DNA from: Alphaproteobacteria bacterium
Lineage (GTDB): Bacteria > Pseudomonadota > Alphaproteobacteria > UBA7887
Assembly (NCBI GenBank): GCA_965216755.1
Contig: CBDCGL010000011.1
Location: forward strand, 160,001 to 224,000
Length of the DNA: 64,000 nucleotides
Direction of reading: 5' to 3'
Shown here: piece after piece, positions 42,875 through 52,910 of the stretch
How the letters are laid out: the number at the start of each line of letters is the position of its first letter
Position numbering within the stretch: position 1 is the stretch's first letter
The notes under the pieces: model-generated
What the model was told of the DNA's origin: nothing
What the model saw: only the letters and a program-made list of their open reading frames with translations
Databases searched by the model: none
Translations under genes and position numbers: made by a program

Positions 42875-44122
42875 CTATGAGTCAAGTGCATCGCGCACGG
42901 CCGTGTCGCCACTGGCCACGGCCGCGTTTCTAAGAACCGCGAAATAAGCCGTCATCACTGAATCTTCACTCCAGTGCGTTTTGAAGCCCGACAGAGCATT
43001 GTTTGCAAGCTTTTTCCGATGATCTGGTTCATTCTTCATGCGGCGAATCGCATCTTTCAGTTCTCTGCTATTTGCAAACAGTTCGCCGCCGTCGCATTGA
43101 GACACGATTTCGCCGAACGGTCCGAGATTGCGCGCGATCACCGGCGTGCCATTACGGAACGATTCAATCAAGATAATCCCAAATGTTTCAAAACAAACCG
43201 ACGGCACGATGAGTGCAATAGCGTGTTCATAGTATTGCGCGAGTTGATGCTGTGATAGGCGCCCAGTGAAAATAACATTGCTAATTCCCTCGGCGCGCTG
43301 TCGAAGTTCACTTTCATAGCTGCCATCACCGACGATCAGCAGGTCCGTGTCTGGAAAATCAGCGAACACCGGGATCACATCGTCCAGTCCCTTGATTTTC
43401 TCCAGGCGGCCGACGAACAGAAAATATGGCCGATCATGCGGGCGTCCGGACCCAGATGGAGGCTGCGTTTCGTTCTTTGGCAGAAAATAGGGGACCACGT
43501 TCATTTCCCGAGAAAATCCGAACTCTTGGTGTTTGCGACGGCTGAACTCGCTCTTCGCGATAAACGCATCGATAAATCCGAGGTGACGGTCGAGCATCCC
43601 GGTGTAACGCCAAATCTGCGGCGGGCGACGATAACTGACAACACAGCGTAGACACTGACGCTGGCGGCAAATCTCGCGATCGTGGCGCCAAAGTACGTGG
43701 GTGGGACAAACAAGCCAGTGTTCGTGTGCCTCGTAGATTTTGAGGCCATCACCCATGGCCAACAAGCCGGGACCTCCAATCAGTGAGACATTATGGTACC
43801 AAACGATGTCAAACGCGCCGGGCTTCAAGAGATCGTCGATACGACGACGGTGCACGATTGGCTTGCCCATTTGGTGGGTGAGAAGATTCGACAATAGGCC
43901 GTGCCGGCTGCGTAGCCCGATGACGCGGACATCGCCGTCAGAGGTCGTGCGATCCGGCTCTCCTCCGGCCAAGCTTACAAAGGCGTCAACGTCGTGAACG
44001 ATCGTAACGTCATGGCCCCGTCGCGCCAACGCTTTGGAAAGGCGCTCAACACCAATCGCGTCACCACCAAAACTGTATGGCGGATAAAACGTGGTCAGCA
44101 TGGCGATGCGCAGACGTTTCAC
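42875..44122 (-). CDS. GT4 glycosyltransferase
   Basis: YPPYSFGG, HEHWLVCP...C..C, VGRLEKIKG, PSVCFETFGIILIES. Confidence 0.88.
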   Translation of the reverse strand: MKRLRIAMLTTFYPPYSFGGDAIGVERLSKALARRGHDVTIVHDVDAFVSLAGGEPDRTTSDGDVRVIGLRSRHGLLSNLLTHQMGKPIVHRRRIDDLLKPGAFDIVWYHNVSLIGGPGLLAMGDGLKIYEAHEHWLVCPTHVLWRHDREICRQRQCLRCVVSYRRPPQIWRYTGMLDRHLGFIDAFIAKSEFSRRKHQEFGFSREMNVVPYFLPKNETQPPSGSGRPHDRPYFLFVGRLEKIKGLDDVIPVFADFPDTDLLIVGDGSYESELRQRAEGISNVIFTGRLSQHQLAQYYEHAIALIVPSVCFETFGIILIESFRNGTPVIARNLGPFGEIVSQCDGGELFANSRELKDAIRRMKNEPDHRKKLANNALSGFKTHWSEDSVMTAYFAVLRNAAVASGDTAVRDALDS

Positions 44123-44135
44123 GAATTATCTCGCT

Positions 44136-45581
44136 TCACACGTTGCGTTCAAATCGCAAAGTTTCGATCACCCGGACAATCCGCTCTTTACCTTGGAGAT
44201 ACGTGAACGCAATGTAAACGACCGCACCGATTGTGATTGATGACCCAAACGCCACCACTGGTGAAAACAGACCATCGGTCAATAATTGCCAAACTAAAAC
44301 GGACACGGCCATAGCAATTGTGGCACCAATGGGAATCAAGAGCGCGCGTGTATAGGTCGCCAATTCAACACCAAATTCCTTGTTGAGAAACCAAAATCGA
44401 AGGGGCCAGACGAAAATATATCGGAATACAAAGGCCGCGGCCACCACAAGCGGGTTTAACCAAGCTGCAATGACCATTGCGATTATGCCAAATATAGATT
44501 CCAATGATGATAAAATAAAAAGTGTCTTTGGTGATCCCATAGCAAGAAAAAACGCCTGCTGAACTCTCTCAATTGAAAAATATATCCCAACCAGACAAAG
44601 AATTTGTAGAATAGGTACCGCAGATTCCCATTCTGAACCAAACATCAGCGGCACGGCTATCGATGCAACCAGCGCCAAGCCAACAAAACTGGCGAACCCA
44701 ATTGTGGCGGAAGCTTCCATAAAACTTTGCAGGAGGTTCTGGGTTTGGACTCCGGATGTGCGATATCGCGCCAAAGCAGGCTGGGCGACGGCGCGGATCG
44801 GGACGACGATAAGAAACGACAGAACTTCTACCAGACGCCATGCAATCGTGTATTGGCCAAGCACGTTGGTGCCGAAGACCATGCCTATGACAACTGTCGG
44901 TGTCTGTACGGAAATGAGCTCGCTGACGCGTAGTCCCACGACATTCACGCCGAACCCGGTGATATCTTGGGTGTGACGACGAGACATGCGAAATCGGGGT
45001 AGCCATGGACTTGCAATCCAGGCAAGGGCGCTATTTACAAAGACTTGCGCCAATCGTTGGCCAATCAACGCCCATGCACCGAAATCAGCGAGGGCCATCG
45101 CAATGCCGACGACACCACCGACGACAACCCCGCCTGTGGCACGCAGCGCCAATGCGCGAAAGCGTAGTTCGCGTCGTAGCAGAACCACCGGCACGGCGGA
45201 AAACCCAATGAAAAGTACCGTCGCGCTTCCGCCTCGCACAAAATCGGCCACGTCGGGTTCAGAATAAAGGAGCGCGATCCATGGCGCGCACGTGATCAAG
45301 GCAATGAATATCAGGACAGAGAAAAGTATCAGCAACCAAAATACCGCGTCCAAATGGCCGGGATCAGGATCATGCATTCTAATAATCGGTTCGGTAAGAG
45401 TCTCGCGAACAAGGAATTCAGCGAATATGACAAAAACCATCGCCATCATCGCCAGGCCAAACGCATCTGGTCCAAGCAATCGTGCTAGGATCACAAAGAT
45501 CACAAAGTTGAAAGCTTGCTCTGTCCAGCTTCCGGCAAACGCCCAGGCCAGGCTGGACACAATTCGGCGATGCATCTGCAC
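44136..45581 (-). CDS. wzx: Wzx/PST-family polysaccharide flippase
   Basis: ILARLLGPDAFG, LRRELRFR, GAWAL, LGQYTIA, FGSEW; multiple TM segments. Confidence 0.85.
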   Translation of the reverse strand: MQMHRRIVSSLAWAFAGSWTEQAFNFVIFVILARLLGPDAFGLAMMAMVFVIFAEFLVRETLTEPIIRMHDPDPGHLDAVFWLLILFSVLIFIALITCAPWIALLYSEPDVADFVRGGSATVLFIGFSAVPVVLLRRELRFRALALRATGGVVVGGVVGIAMALADFGAWALIGQRLAQVFVNSALAWIASPWLPRFRMSRRHTQDITGFGVNVVGLRVSELISVQTPTVVIGMVFGTNVLGQYTIAWRLVEVLSFLIVVPIRAVAQPALARYRTSGVQTQNLLQSFMEASATIGFASFVGLALVASIAVPLMFGSEWESAVPILQILCLVGIYFSIERVQQAFFLAMGSPKTLFILSSLESIFGIIAMVIAAWLNPLVVAAAFVFRYIFVWPLRFWFLNKEFGVELATYTRALLIPIGATIAMAVSVLVWQLLTDGLFSPVVAFGSSITIGAVVYIAFTYLQGKERIVRVIETLRFERNV

Positions 45582-45825
45582 CCGGTGGCTCTTTCTGCGG
45601 ATAAGCTGAGGTTGCGGGGTCGATCGCAGGTAATATATACAACAAGCGACCTTGGGGTTGCGCCTTTTTCAAGGAGTTCCCTGCAAGCCGGGGTAAACGT
45701 GTTGGTTTGCGCGGTTACAGAAGAACAGGGCATGTCGCGGCTCGGCCGCACGACTTTGATGGTATGATAGTGCTAAATGTGCAAGCGCGCGCGGCGTACC
45801 GCAACCCAACGAGACATCCATCGCC

Positions 45826-46620
45826 GTGGGGATAGGCGGACAATTGCAAACCCAGGCCCATCGTATTGATGTTTTAACTTACCACTCGATATCGGACGGC
45901 CATGGTCCGACATGCATCCCTGCGGCGACGCTGCGTGGCCATCTCGAATTCATCGATGCTTGTGGCTACACGATCGTATCGGTCGATGATTTTGTTTCTT
46001 GGCAGCAAGGGCAGAAGGTTCTGCCGCAAAAGTCAATTGTTATTACGTTTGATGACGGCTTTGCTGATTTCGCAGAACAAGCGTTCCCGATATTGCGGCA
46101 ACATAGAGCTACCGCAACGGTTTTCTTGCCGACTGGAAAGGTCGGTGGAGTCGCGGACTGGGATGGGGATCAATCGTCGCCTAACGCCCGCCTCATGTCC
46201 TGGCAGACTGTGAAAGACCTCGCAAATGAGGGAATCGGTTTTGGTAGTCACTCGGTAACGCACGCCGACTTAACCAAACTTTCTCCGCAACAGCTCGTCA
46301 ACGAACTTGTCGTATCGAAGCAACAGGTGGTCGATCGGATCGGCAAAGTACCGACGAGTTTTGCTCCGCCCTATGGCGTTTCGAACGACACGGTGCGCCG
46401 GGCGATCGGCGACCACTATGACGCGGCGTTTGGCACCCGCCTCCAATATGTTGATAGGACATCCAACAGGTACGATATCCCGCGCATCGAAATGCACTAT
46501 TTCCGTGATATGAAGCGTTGGCGCGCCCACCTTGCTGGTCGCGGCCATGTGTATTTCATGGCGCGGCGCACGCTGCGTGGCGTTCGACAGAAAATTAGTC
46601 AATTTGGCGGCAATCGCTAA
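45826..46620 (+). CDS. Polysaccharide deacetylase (CE4/NodB-like)
   Basis: LTYHSI, ITFDDG, GSHSVTH, FAPPYG, IPRIE. Confidence 0.9.
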   Translation: MGIGGQLQTQAHRIDVLTYHSISDGHGPTCIPAATLRGHLEFIDACGYTIVSVDDFVSWQQGQKVLPQKSIVITFDDGFADFAEQAFPILRQHRATATVFLPTGKVGGVADWDGDQSSPNARLMSWQTVKDLANEGIGFGSHSVTHADLTKLSPQQLVNELVVSKQQVVDRIGKVPTSFAPPYGVSNDTVRRAIGDHYDAAFGTRLQYVDRTSNRYDIPRIEMHYFRDMKRWRAHLAGRGHVYFMARRTLRGVRQKISQFGGNR

Positions 46621-46662
46621 GATCTCGGTTTTTTGTACTGACGCTAAGCGCGCCGTCGACAA

Positions 46663-47766
46663 TCACTTGCGCATCCAAGAAAAAAGAACGCCACATATAA
46701 CGCCGGATCCAAATATCAAAAACAAACCCAAGAATAAATACTTTCGGCCACCGGTTTTTGATCGGAACGCGTTCATTAGATGTTCGCGTATCCGCGGTGG
46801 CGGCGGACGGTGGATCGAACCCCAAACATCTCTCCAATGATCGGGCGTAAAGCTCTCGGATGATGTTTCGCCGACCGTATGAATCGTCACGTCCACATTG
46901 ACGCCCGTCACCTGCACGTGCAGGTAGTTATCAAACTGTTGTGCGAGTAGACGGTTCCACTCATGTGATTTTAGATAGTCTAACCCGATCGGTGATCCGA
47001 TCGCCGACTGATAATATGTGACACCGTCGCGTTGCCGATAAGAGAACTTCTGCGGGCCAAAATCACCGCTGAATACTGCGCGCACTTTGCCTTGTGTCAG
47101 CATCGGATGAACATCGCGCCACCAAGACGAATCATCTGGTTCCCACCACAATAGGTGATGCATGAAGACGAACGCATGATCGTATGTGTCTGCTTGTGAT
47201 AGCTGCTCGTCGAGAAAGTTGATCTGGTTTTCGTCAAGTGGAACGCCGCCCGGCGCATAGTGATGACGTTGATCGCCATCTTCCGGTATCCAGGCACTGC
47301 TAACCATGAGAAACCGCACTTGACCAATATCGTGAGCTTGCGGCAAGGCGCCATATCTTTCGAGATAAAGATCGCGTGTACCTAGGTCGCTGATATCGTG
47401 ATTTCCTGGCGTTCGATATATCGGAATAGATAGTGTGGCAAGGGCATTGTCCACGGCTTCCCATTCTGATCTCACTTTGGCCGTGTCGGCAGGGTCGGAA
47501 TTGACGTCCCCAAAGACGATGTCGCCTGTTAAGACGATGGCGTCAGGCGCCAAGTCGCGGACCTCGTCCAAGAGCGTGTTTAGAAGTGGGTGTGGTTTGC
47601 CATCCGCCTCGCCACGGATATGACCGAGGACGACAAACTCGAAGTCCTCGTCAACTTGGTCGCCGGACCGTGCTGGCCCGCTCGGCCTGTCTTGCCCAAG
47701 GCCAAGCCCGGGCAGGGATAGCAGCAGCGCGCATGCGGCAATGGCCAAAAACGGCTGCTTAGCCAC
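46663..47766 (-). CDS. Exported calcineurin-like metallophosphoesterase with C-terminal membrane anchor
   Basis: Signal peptide; LTGD, PGNHD, FMHH motifs; C-terminal TM; GTG start overlaps the CotH stop. Confidence 0.78.
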   Translation of the reverse strand: MAKQPFLAIAACALLLSLPGLGLGQDRPSGPARSGDQVDEDFEFVVLGHIRGEADGKPHPLLNTLLDEVRDLAPDAIVLTGDIVFGDVNSDPADTAKVRSEWEAVDNALATLSIPIYRTPGNHDISDLGTRDLYLERYGALPQAHDIGQVRFLMVSSAWIPEDGDQRHHYAPGGVPLDENQINFLDEQLSQADTYDHAFVFMHHLLWWEPDDSSWWRDVHPMLTQGKVRAVFSGDFGPQKFSYRQRDGVTYYQSAIGSPIGLDYLKSHEWNRLLAQQFDNYLHVQVTGVNVDVTIHTVGETSSESFTPDHWRDVWGSIHRPPPPRIREHLMNAFRSKTGGRKYLFLGLFLIFGSGVICGVLFSWMRK

Positions 47767-50700
47767 CGCTAAGAACCGCTTCTGCGACACCGTCGGTGGT
47801 TCCGATCGGTGCCAGTGAATAAAGTTCAAATCTATGAAGCCACAACTCAGCCGCCTGACGTTCGACCAATCCGGTATCCGCGTCTATTCGCGACGCATCG
47901 CGCGCGGGCTGAATATCAAGCAAAATCTGGTCATAGCGACCGGACGGAAGATCCATCGTGATAAGGCGCGCATATCTCTGGTCGGGCGGCAGTTGAACCG
48001 CTCGTCGGACTGTATGGTCATCCGACGCAATTTGAACTTCGACACGCTCAATGCCCCGTCCCGCCAACTCCAAGACAAGCTGATACCGCTCGTCGGACAT
48101 GTCCGCCAGTTCCCAGTCGATCTCCCGCGCAACGCTGCCTTGGCGCCCTTCGACCGAGATGAAGAGGGCGTCGCCAATTTCCTCGAGCCGTTCGGTGTCG
48201 CCCATCATATGCCAAGGAGCCCGCGACGGTGTGAAATACCGCCCAAATCGATCGCGTGCAGTGATTCGAGCTGCGGCACCGGACGGAATTGTGACGTCGA
48301 CACCGGATCTATAAGCGCCGGGAGCGAGGCCAGCCAGTCCATATGCCCAGTCCGGCCGCGAGGCGGGGTCTGCCGTCACTCGCGCCATATCCGCCGTCGC
48401 CTCAATATCGTGAATTGTAATCATCGAATTTTCATCAAGCACCAGATCGTTGTCGTTGTTCTCCACGACAGTCTTGATCAACCGGCCCCAGCCACCACCG
48501 CCATAGCGCCAGTTCTTCACTTGTGCAAGAACTCCGACAGCATTTTCCGTGATCATATTGTGAATTAGGATTGGACCTGATCGGTCCTTGATTTCAACTC
48601 CGCGATTGCCGAGCGCAATCATATTATTGGCAATGACCGGATGACTGCTTTCACCAATTGAAATGCCTTTGTCGCCGCTGTGCGTCAGTGTGTTGCCGAT
48701 GATCAGCGGCGATGACCCCATCAGGTCTATTGCATCGTTGCCAGACTCATGGAAACGTGATTGGGCTATCATTCCGGAAGAATAGTCGAAATCAATGGCA
48801 TCGGAATTCGCGCCCAAGAAATTGCCATGCGCAATTGTCGCATCGGCGTGGACCACATTGAGCGCGTCGTCACTGCGCAAATTGTCTACGAATTCGCAAT
48901 TGTCGAATGCCACGTTGCTGACCCAATGCACGCTGACCATGCCCTTGTAGGTCACACGACCGATGCGTGCGCCACCCCCGCCTCGAAAGGTCACATGTTC
49001 GAATACACTACCGTCGGCGTGTTCGTCTTGCAGGGCAAATGTGCCCCAAGGCAGAGGTCCAGAGGGTTCAAATCGGATGGGCGCGGAAGGCGTACCCCGG
49101 GCGCTGACCTTGCCGCGCGCGATAATTGACACGTCGGGATCCAAGCGGATCGTGGTACCTGGTTCGATGCGCAGCTCTTGTCGCGGATCGATCGCAAGGT
49201 CCTCGGTCAGGTGGACGACGCCGCTTAGGTGGACGCTGTTGTTTTGTCCTGTTGTGAATTGCCAAGGGCTCCAGCTGTTACCGCCGTTTAGTGAGTCTCC
49301 GTTCTGCCATGCGAGTACTTGGCTTTCCGCGCCGGTCACGCGATTTGTCAGAGTGGGTGTAATGGTGCTGGCCTCGTCGGCAACTCCAACCAGGAACAAA
49401 CGGTAATGAACGTTGCCGGCCTCGAAGTAGCCGTCGGGCGTCTTCCACCCTGGTAAGAGGCCCAACGGTTCGTTCAGCGTAAATTTGACACCGCTCGGAT
49501 GGGCGGACCGCGCGAGTGGAATCTCGGGATCGTCTATGTCTCGAACGCCATTCTGATTATGGTCGGCAAATAAACGCGCCGGCGCTGTTCCTGCTCCCGA
49601 CAATGTGAGGGCGCGCAGGTCGCTACCGGCGAAACCGATCGTTTCAAAGTCGATGACATGTAAGCTGTCTGGGCGCGCTTGTGAGCGGAACCGAATTCGC
49701 GCATCGGAGGTCCATGTTTCGAGCGTATTGACGTTTGCACGCAAGGTTTCGATGATATCTTCGGGCGTGCCGGGCGGTGATACCAGGCCGGCGCGAAGTT
49801 CCTCAAAGCGCAGATAATCTCCATAGCGAAAAACCGCGTCATCGATCAGTGCCTGGGTCGTTGCCAACAAGTCGGCTTGTATTGCCGCGTGAACATCCCG
49901 CAAGATCCGATCGACGACGAAGGGATCACGCGCAACGGCACGAAAAAAATCATTCAAAAAGCCCTGTGGCTCGGCAAGAGGTAGAATACGCAAATCCCAA
50001 GGGACCGGATGGAGGCGCGCGGTAGACGGATCCTCGTACCAGAATTGGTTATGAACGCCACTCATGTGATAGGGGTCGCCGACGAACAGCAACAGTGCGA
50101 GCATTTGCGCTATTTCCTGTCGGTCCACCAACTGCATGAGGCGTTCGTGCGCGACAAAATCCGACCCGGCGAGCGTCCCCACGAGCTCGACCAAAGCTTC
50201 GTTCGGTGCCACACCAACTGTGTTGACCTCAGCCGAACGTTCCCAAATATAGGGGTTTTCAAAGACGTTTCTCTGCAGTTTCTTGTAATACTCACCACGT
50301 TCTGCAGTGTCGGCGCGAAAGATGTTGCCCGGCATCCGTTCGATGCGCCGCACGAACGACTCATCGACAGGTTCGACGAGCCGAAACAGGCCATAAAAAT
50401 GCCGATTTACAAACACTGGCGACAAGGCGGTGAACGGCGCCATAACGTCGAATTGTTCCGTTAATTTGTTGGCTATATAACTGGACAAAACTTCTTTGCC
50501 AGAAAAACCCAGACGACGATAGCCCCCGAACAACGATGCCTTTGTTGTCCTCAGGCTGAAGGAACTTTTTGGCGTCGTCCAATGGACGCTGGTATCACCG
50601 CGACGACGTATTCTTGCCGAAATCGGTTGGCCGCCGATGTGGACACGCGCGTCGACCCAGCGGCGTTCCGCAAATGGATCCTTGAACGCGTCGGCGAAAT

Positions 50701-50995
50701 CATCGCGGTCGACGCGGAGGTCAACGATCCCGATCGAGCTTTCCTCCATGTCAATGTTTTGCCGAATTGCGATGGCCGGGAGAGCCGTCAATCCAGCGTG
50801 AAGTCGCGCTTCGATCAGATTCGCCAGCCGGCTGTTGTGACCCCACCAATCATCGAACTGCACGCGTACACGATAGTCGATTAACGCGGCCACAGATATG
50901 TAAGCTGCGGCAAACACAACAGGTGCTGTCAGAATGACAACGTCGCGAAACCTCAAACGCTGCCATGGGAAACGGGCCCTGCGACGCGCAATCAT
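47759..50995 (-). CDS. CotH-family kinase fused to a parallel beta-helix domain
   Basis: N-terminal TM; RRRGDTS...PKSSF, VFVNRHFYGLFRLVE, HNQFWY...PVPWD kinase motifs; DHNQNGVRD Ca-loop; beta-helix DDALN/DAIDFD/DAIDLM/DKGISIGE. Confidence 0.8.
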   Translation of the reverse strand: MIARRRARFPWQRLRFRDVVILTAPVVFAAAYISVAALIDYRVRVQFDDWWGHNSRLANLIEARLHAGLTALPAIAIRQNIDMEESSIGIVDLRVDRDDFADAFKDPFAERRWVDARVHIGGQPISARIRRRGDTSVHWTTPKSSFSLRTTKASLFGGYRRLGFSGKEVLSSYIANKLTEQFDVMAPFTALSPVFVNRHFYGLFRLVEPVDESFVRRIERMPGNIFRADTAERGEYYKKLQRNVFENPYIWERSAEVNTVGVAPNEALVELVGTLAGSDFVAHERLMQLVDRQEIAQMLALLLFVGDPYHMSGVHNQFWYEDPSTARLHPVPWDLRILPLAEPQGFLNDFFRAVARDPFVVDRILRDVHAAIQADLLATTQALIDDAVFRYGDYLRFEELRAGLVSPPGTPEDIIETLRANVNTLETWTSDARIRFRSQARPDSLHVIDFETIGFAGSDLRALTLSGAGTAPARLFADHNQNGVRDIDDPEIPLARSAHPSGVKFTLNEPLGLLPGWKTPDGYFEAGNVHYRLFLVGVADEASTITPTLTNRVTGAESQVLAWQNGDSLNGGNSWSPWQFTTGQNNSVHLSGVVHLTEDLAIDPRQELRIEPGTTIRLDPDVSIIARGKVSARGTPSAPIRFEPSGPLPWGTFALQDEHADGSVFEHVTFRGGGGARIGRVTYKGMVSVHWVSNVAFDNCEFVDNLRSDDALNVVHADATIAHGNFLGANSDAIDFDYSSGMIAQSRFHESGNDAIDLMGSSPLIIGNTLTHSGDKGISIGESSHPVIANNMIALGNRGVEIKDRSGPILIHNMITENAVGVLAQVKNWRYGGGGWGRLIKTVVENNDNDLVLDENSMITIHDIEATADMARVTADPASRPDWAYGLAGLAPGAYRSGVDVTIPSGAAARITARDRFGRYFTPSRAPWHMMGDTERLEEIGDALFISVEGRQGSVAREIDWELADMSDERYQLVLELAGRGIERVEVQIASDDHTVRRAVQLPPDQRYARLITMDLPSGRYDQILLDIQPARDASRIDADTGLVERQAAELWLHRFELYSLAPIGTTDGVAEAVLSGG

Positions 50996-52059
50996 CGCAG
51001 TTGATCGGGCTCAAATGCGCCGAGGTAGATACGTGCCCGCGCAGTTTCGAGGCCCCCCGGGTTAAGCGTATTTCGATAGCTGGTCTCGACCATGTCCCAC
51101 GTCTGCACGTCGACTTTCTTTGGTGCCTTGAGCGTCAGATCGACCGCTTTTACAGCAAACGGTTTTTCGGGCAGGCGAATGCTCCAACTTGAAGCGGAGC
51201 TTTGCACGCTCGCGGTGGTACTGTTCGAACGAGACGCCGCGACTTGGGGGACGTCGTATTCGCCATGAAAAGCGAAATCGAGACGCACGTGCTCGATTGC
51301 AATCGGCCCGGTGCGACTGCGGATCCGCAGCTCATCGCCATCCGCCGTGACCGGCTGGTCAAACACCGCGCGCACATTGTGCTTGTGGCCAGCGACAACA
51401 ACCCGGACGGCGGCTTGTCTTGCGCCAAGCTCGACCACGATCGTGTCTACCCGTATGGAGTCCAAATAGGTCTGAAACAGTGCGACCACCTTGTGATAGT
51501 CGGCAGCGTCGAACGCGTGCTGCACAAGAGCGTTCACGGATGGCAGGTGCGACGGGTGGACGCTGAGGATGTATGCGAAATGTTCGGCGGCCTCATCGGG
51601 TTCGTCGAAACGCCTCGCCGCCTGCGCCAATGCGAAATGGTTTTCCACGTTACGTGGATCAAATCGAACGGCGCGTCGATAGCTGCCGAGAGCAAGGCGC
51701 TTGCGGCCGAGGCCCTCATAGGCCTGCCCAAGGCCGCGTAACACGCGTTCGCGTTCAACATCCAACGCGTGGCGTACCGTCCGCGCTGGAAACGATTGAT
51801 CGAGGCTCGACAAATATGACACGGCGTCTTCGTACTTGCCGGCGGCGACCAATGCTTCGCCGTAGGTCACGTCCGCGATCGGTTGCTGAGCAAACTTAAT
51901 GATCACGCGCTGGGCGAGATTAGCGATAGGCGTGCGCAATTGTGGAACCAGCAACGGCGCGATGGCGGCAGCAACAAGCACCAAGTAAAAAATCGTGAGC
52001 GATCGTTCGTGTTGCTGAAACCACGATGCAGACCGCCGTCGCATGCCCGAAGTTTGCAC
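50992..52059 (-). CDS. Membrane-anchored TPR protein
   Basis: N-terminal TM; TPR repeats LGQAYEGLG...A...YRRAVRFDP, HFALAQA...A...F..IL...P; ATGA overlap with cotH. Confidence 0.75.
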   Translation of the reverse strand: MQTSGMRRRSASWFQQHERSLTIFYLVLVAAAIAPLLVPQLRTPIANLAQRVIIKFAQQPIADVTYGEALVAAGKYEDAVSYLSSLDQSFPARTVRHALDVERERVLRGLGQAYEGLGRKRLALGSYRRAVRFDPRNVENHFALAQAARRFDEPDEAAEHFAYILSVHPSHLPSVNALVQHAFDAADYHKVVALFQTYLDSIRVDTIVVELGARQAAVRVVVAGHKHNVRAVFDQPVTADGDELRIRSRTGPIAIEHVRLDFAFHGEYDVPQVAASRSNSTTASVQSSASSWSIRLPEKPFAVKAVDLTLKAPKKVDVQTWDMVETSYRNTLNPGGLETARARIYLGAFEPDQLR

Positions 52060-52162
52060 GGCTCAGACAGTGCACATGTGTGTTGCCACATGTGACATTG
52101 CATCAACCGGAGTCGCCCATAAAACCATGACGCAAATCGACCTAGCTGTCCGAGGCCCAATC

Positions 52163-52858
52163 TTAGATCACGACGTTTTCATGGCCAGGCAGTAACGCCA
52201 CCGTGCCGCCGTCCGTCACGGCGCGGAGCTCTTCGAGCAAATTGTGCTCATCCGTACCGCGTTTCAATTCCACCGAGTAGACGAGTTCGAGCATGGAGCC
52301 GTCACGAATCGTCTCGACGCTCAGCAGTGCATGCTCGCGCAGGCGGCGCACAAATATCCCGTCAAAAACCTCATTGTAGTCGAGGCCCGCGGGCAAATGA
52401 ATCTTGAGAAGAACTTCGCGCGACGTCACCGCTCCCACTTCAAATCGATGCAAGAAATACACAATTGCAGCCATAAACAGGGTGAAAACGACCGCCGCCA
52501 AATAAAATCCAGTACCCGTGGCCATACCGATGGCCATGGTTACAAAGATAAACGCAACGTCCCGCGAATCCTTAACCGCGTTGCGAAACCGAATGATTGA
52601 CAGGGCGCCAACGAGCGCAAAAGCGCGCGCGATATTGCTGCCGATGATCAACATGATGACCGAAACCGTCACGCCCATAATGATCATGCTGTGCACAAAA
52701 GCGACGGAGTACGACAGGCCGACATGTGTCTCGCGATAGAAATATGCGATCACCAGGCACAGAAAAAAGCTTAGAGCGAGCGCGATCATGGCTTCCCAAA
52801 GCTGAAAACCACCGCCAGCAGACGTGCTTTGAATCATTTCTCTGATGAGTTCGTCCAC
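52163..52858 (-). CDS. DUF4956 family membrane protein
   Basis: IGSNIARAFALVGALSIIRFRNAVKDSRDVAFIF..MAIGMATG signature; soluble C-terminal domain. Confidence 0.88.
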   Translation of the reverse strand: MDELIREMIQSTSAGGGFQLWEAMIALALSFFLCLVIAYFYRETHVGLSYSVAFVHSMIIMGVTVSVIMLIIGSNIARAFALVGALSIIRFRNAVKDSRDVAFIFVTMAIGMATGTGFYLAAVVFTLFMAAIVYFLHRFEVGAVTSREVLLKIHLPAGLDYNEVFDGIFVRRLREHALLSVETIRDGSMLELVYSVELKRGTDEHNLLEELRAVTDGGTVALLPGHENVVI

Positions 52859-52910
52859 TATGTCCTCCGTCTGCCCAGCCGTTCCGCCGTGATTATTTGA
52901 GAATTCGCGG

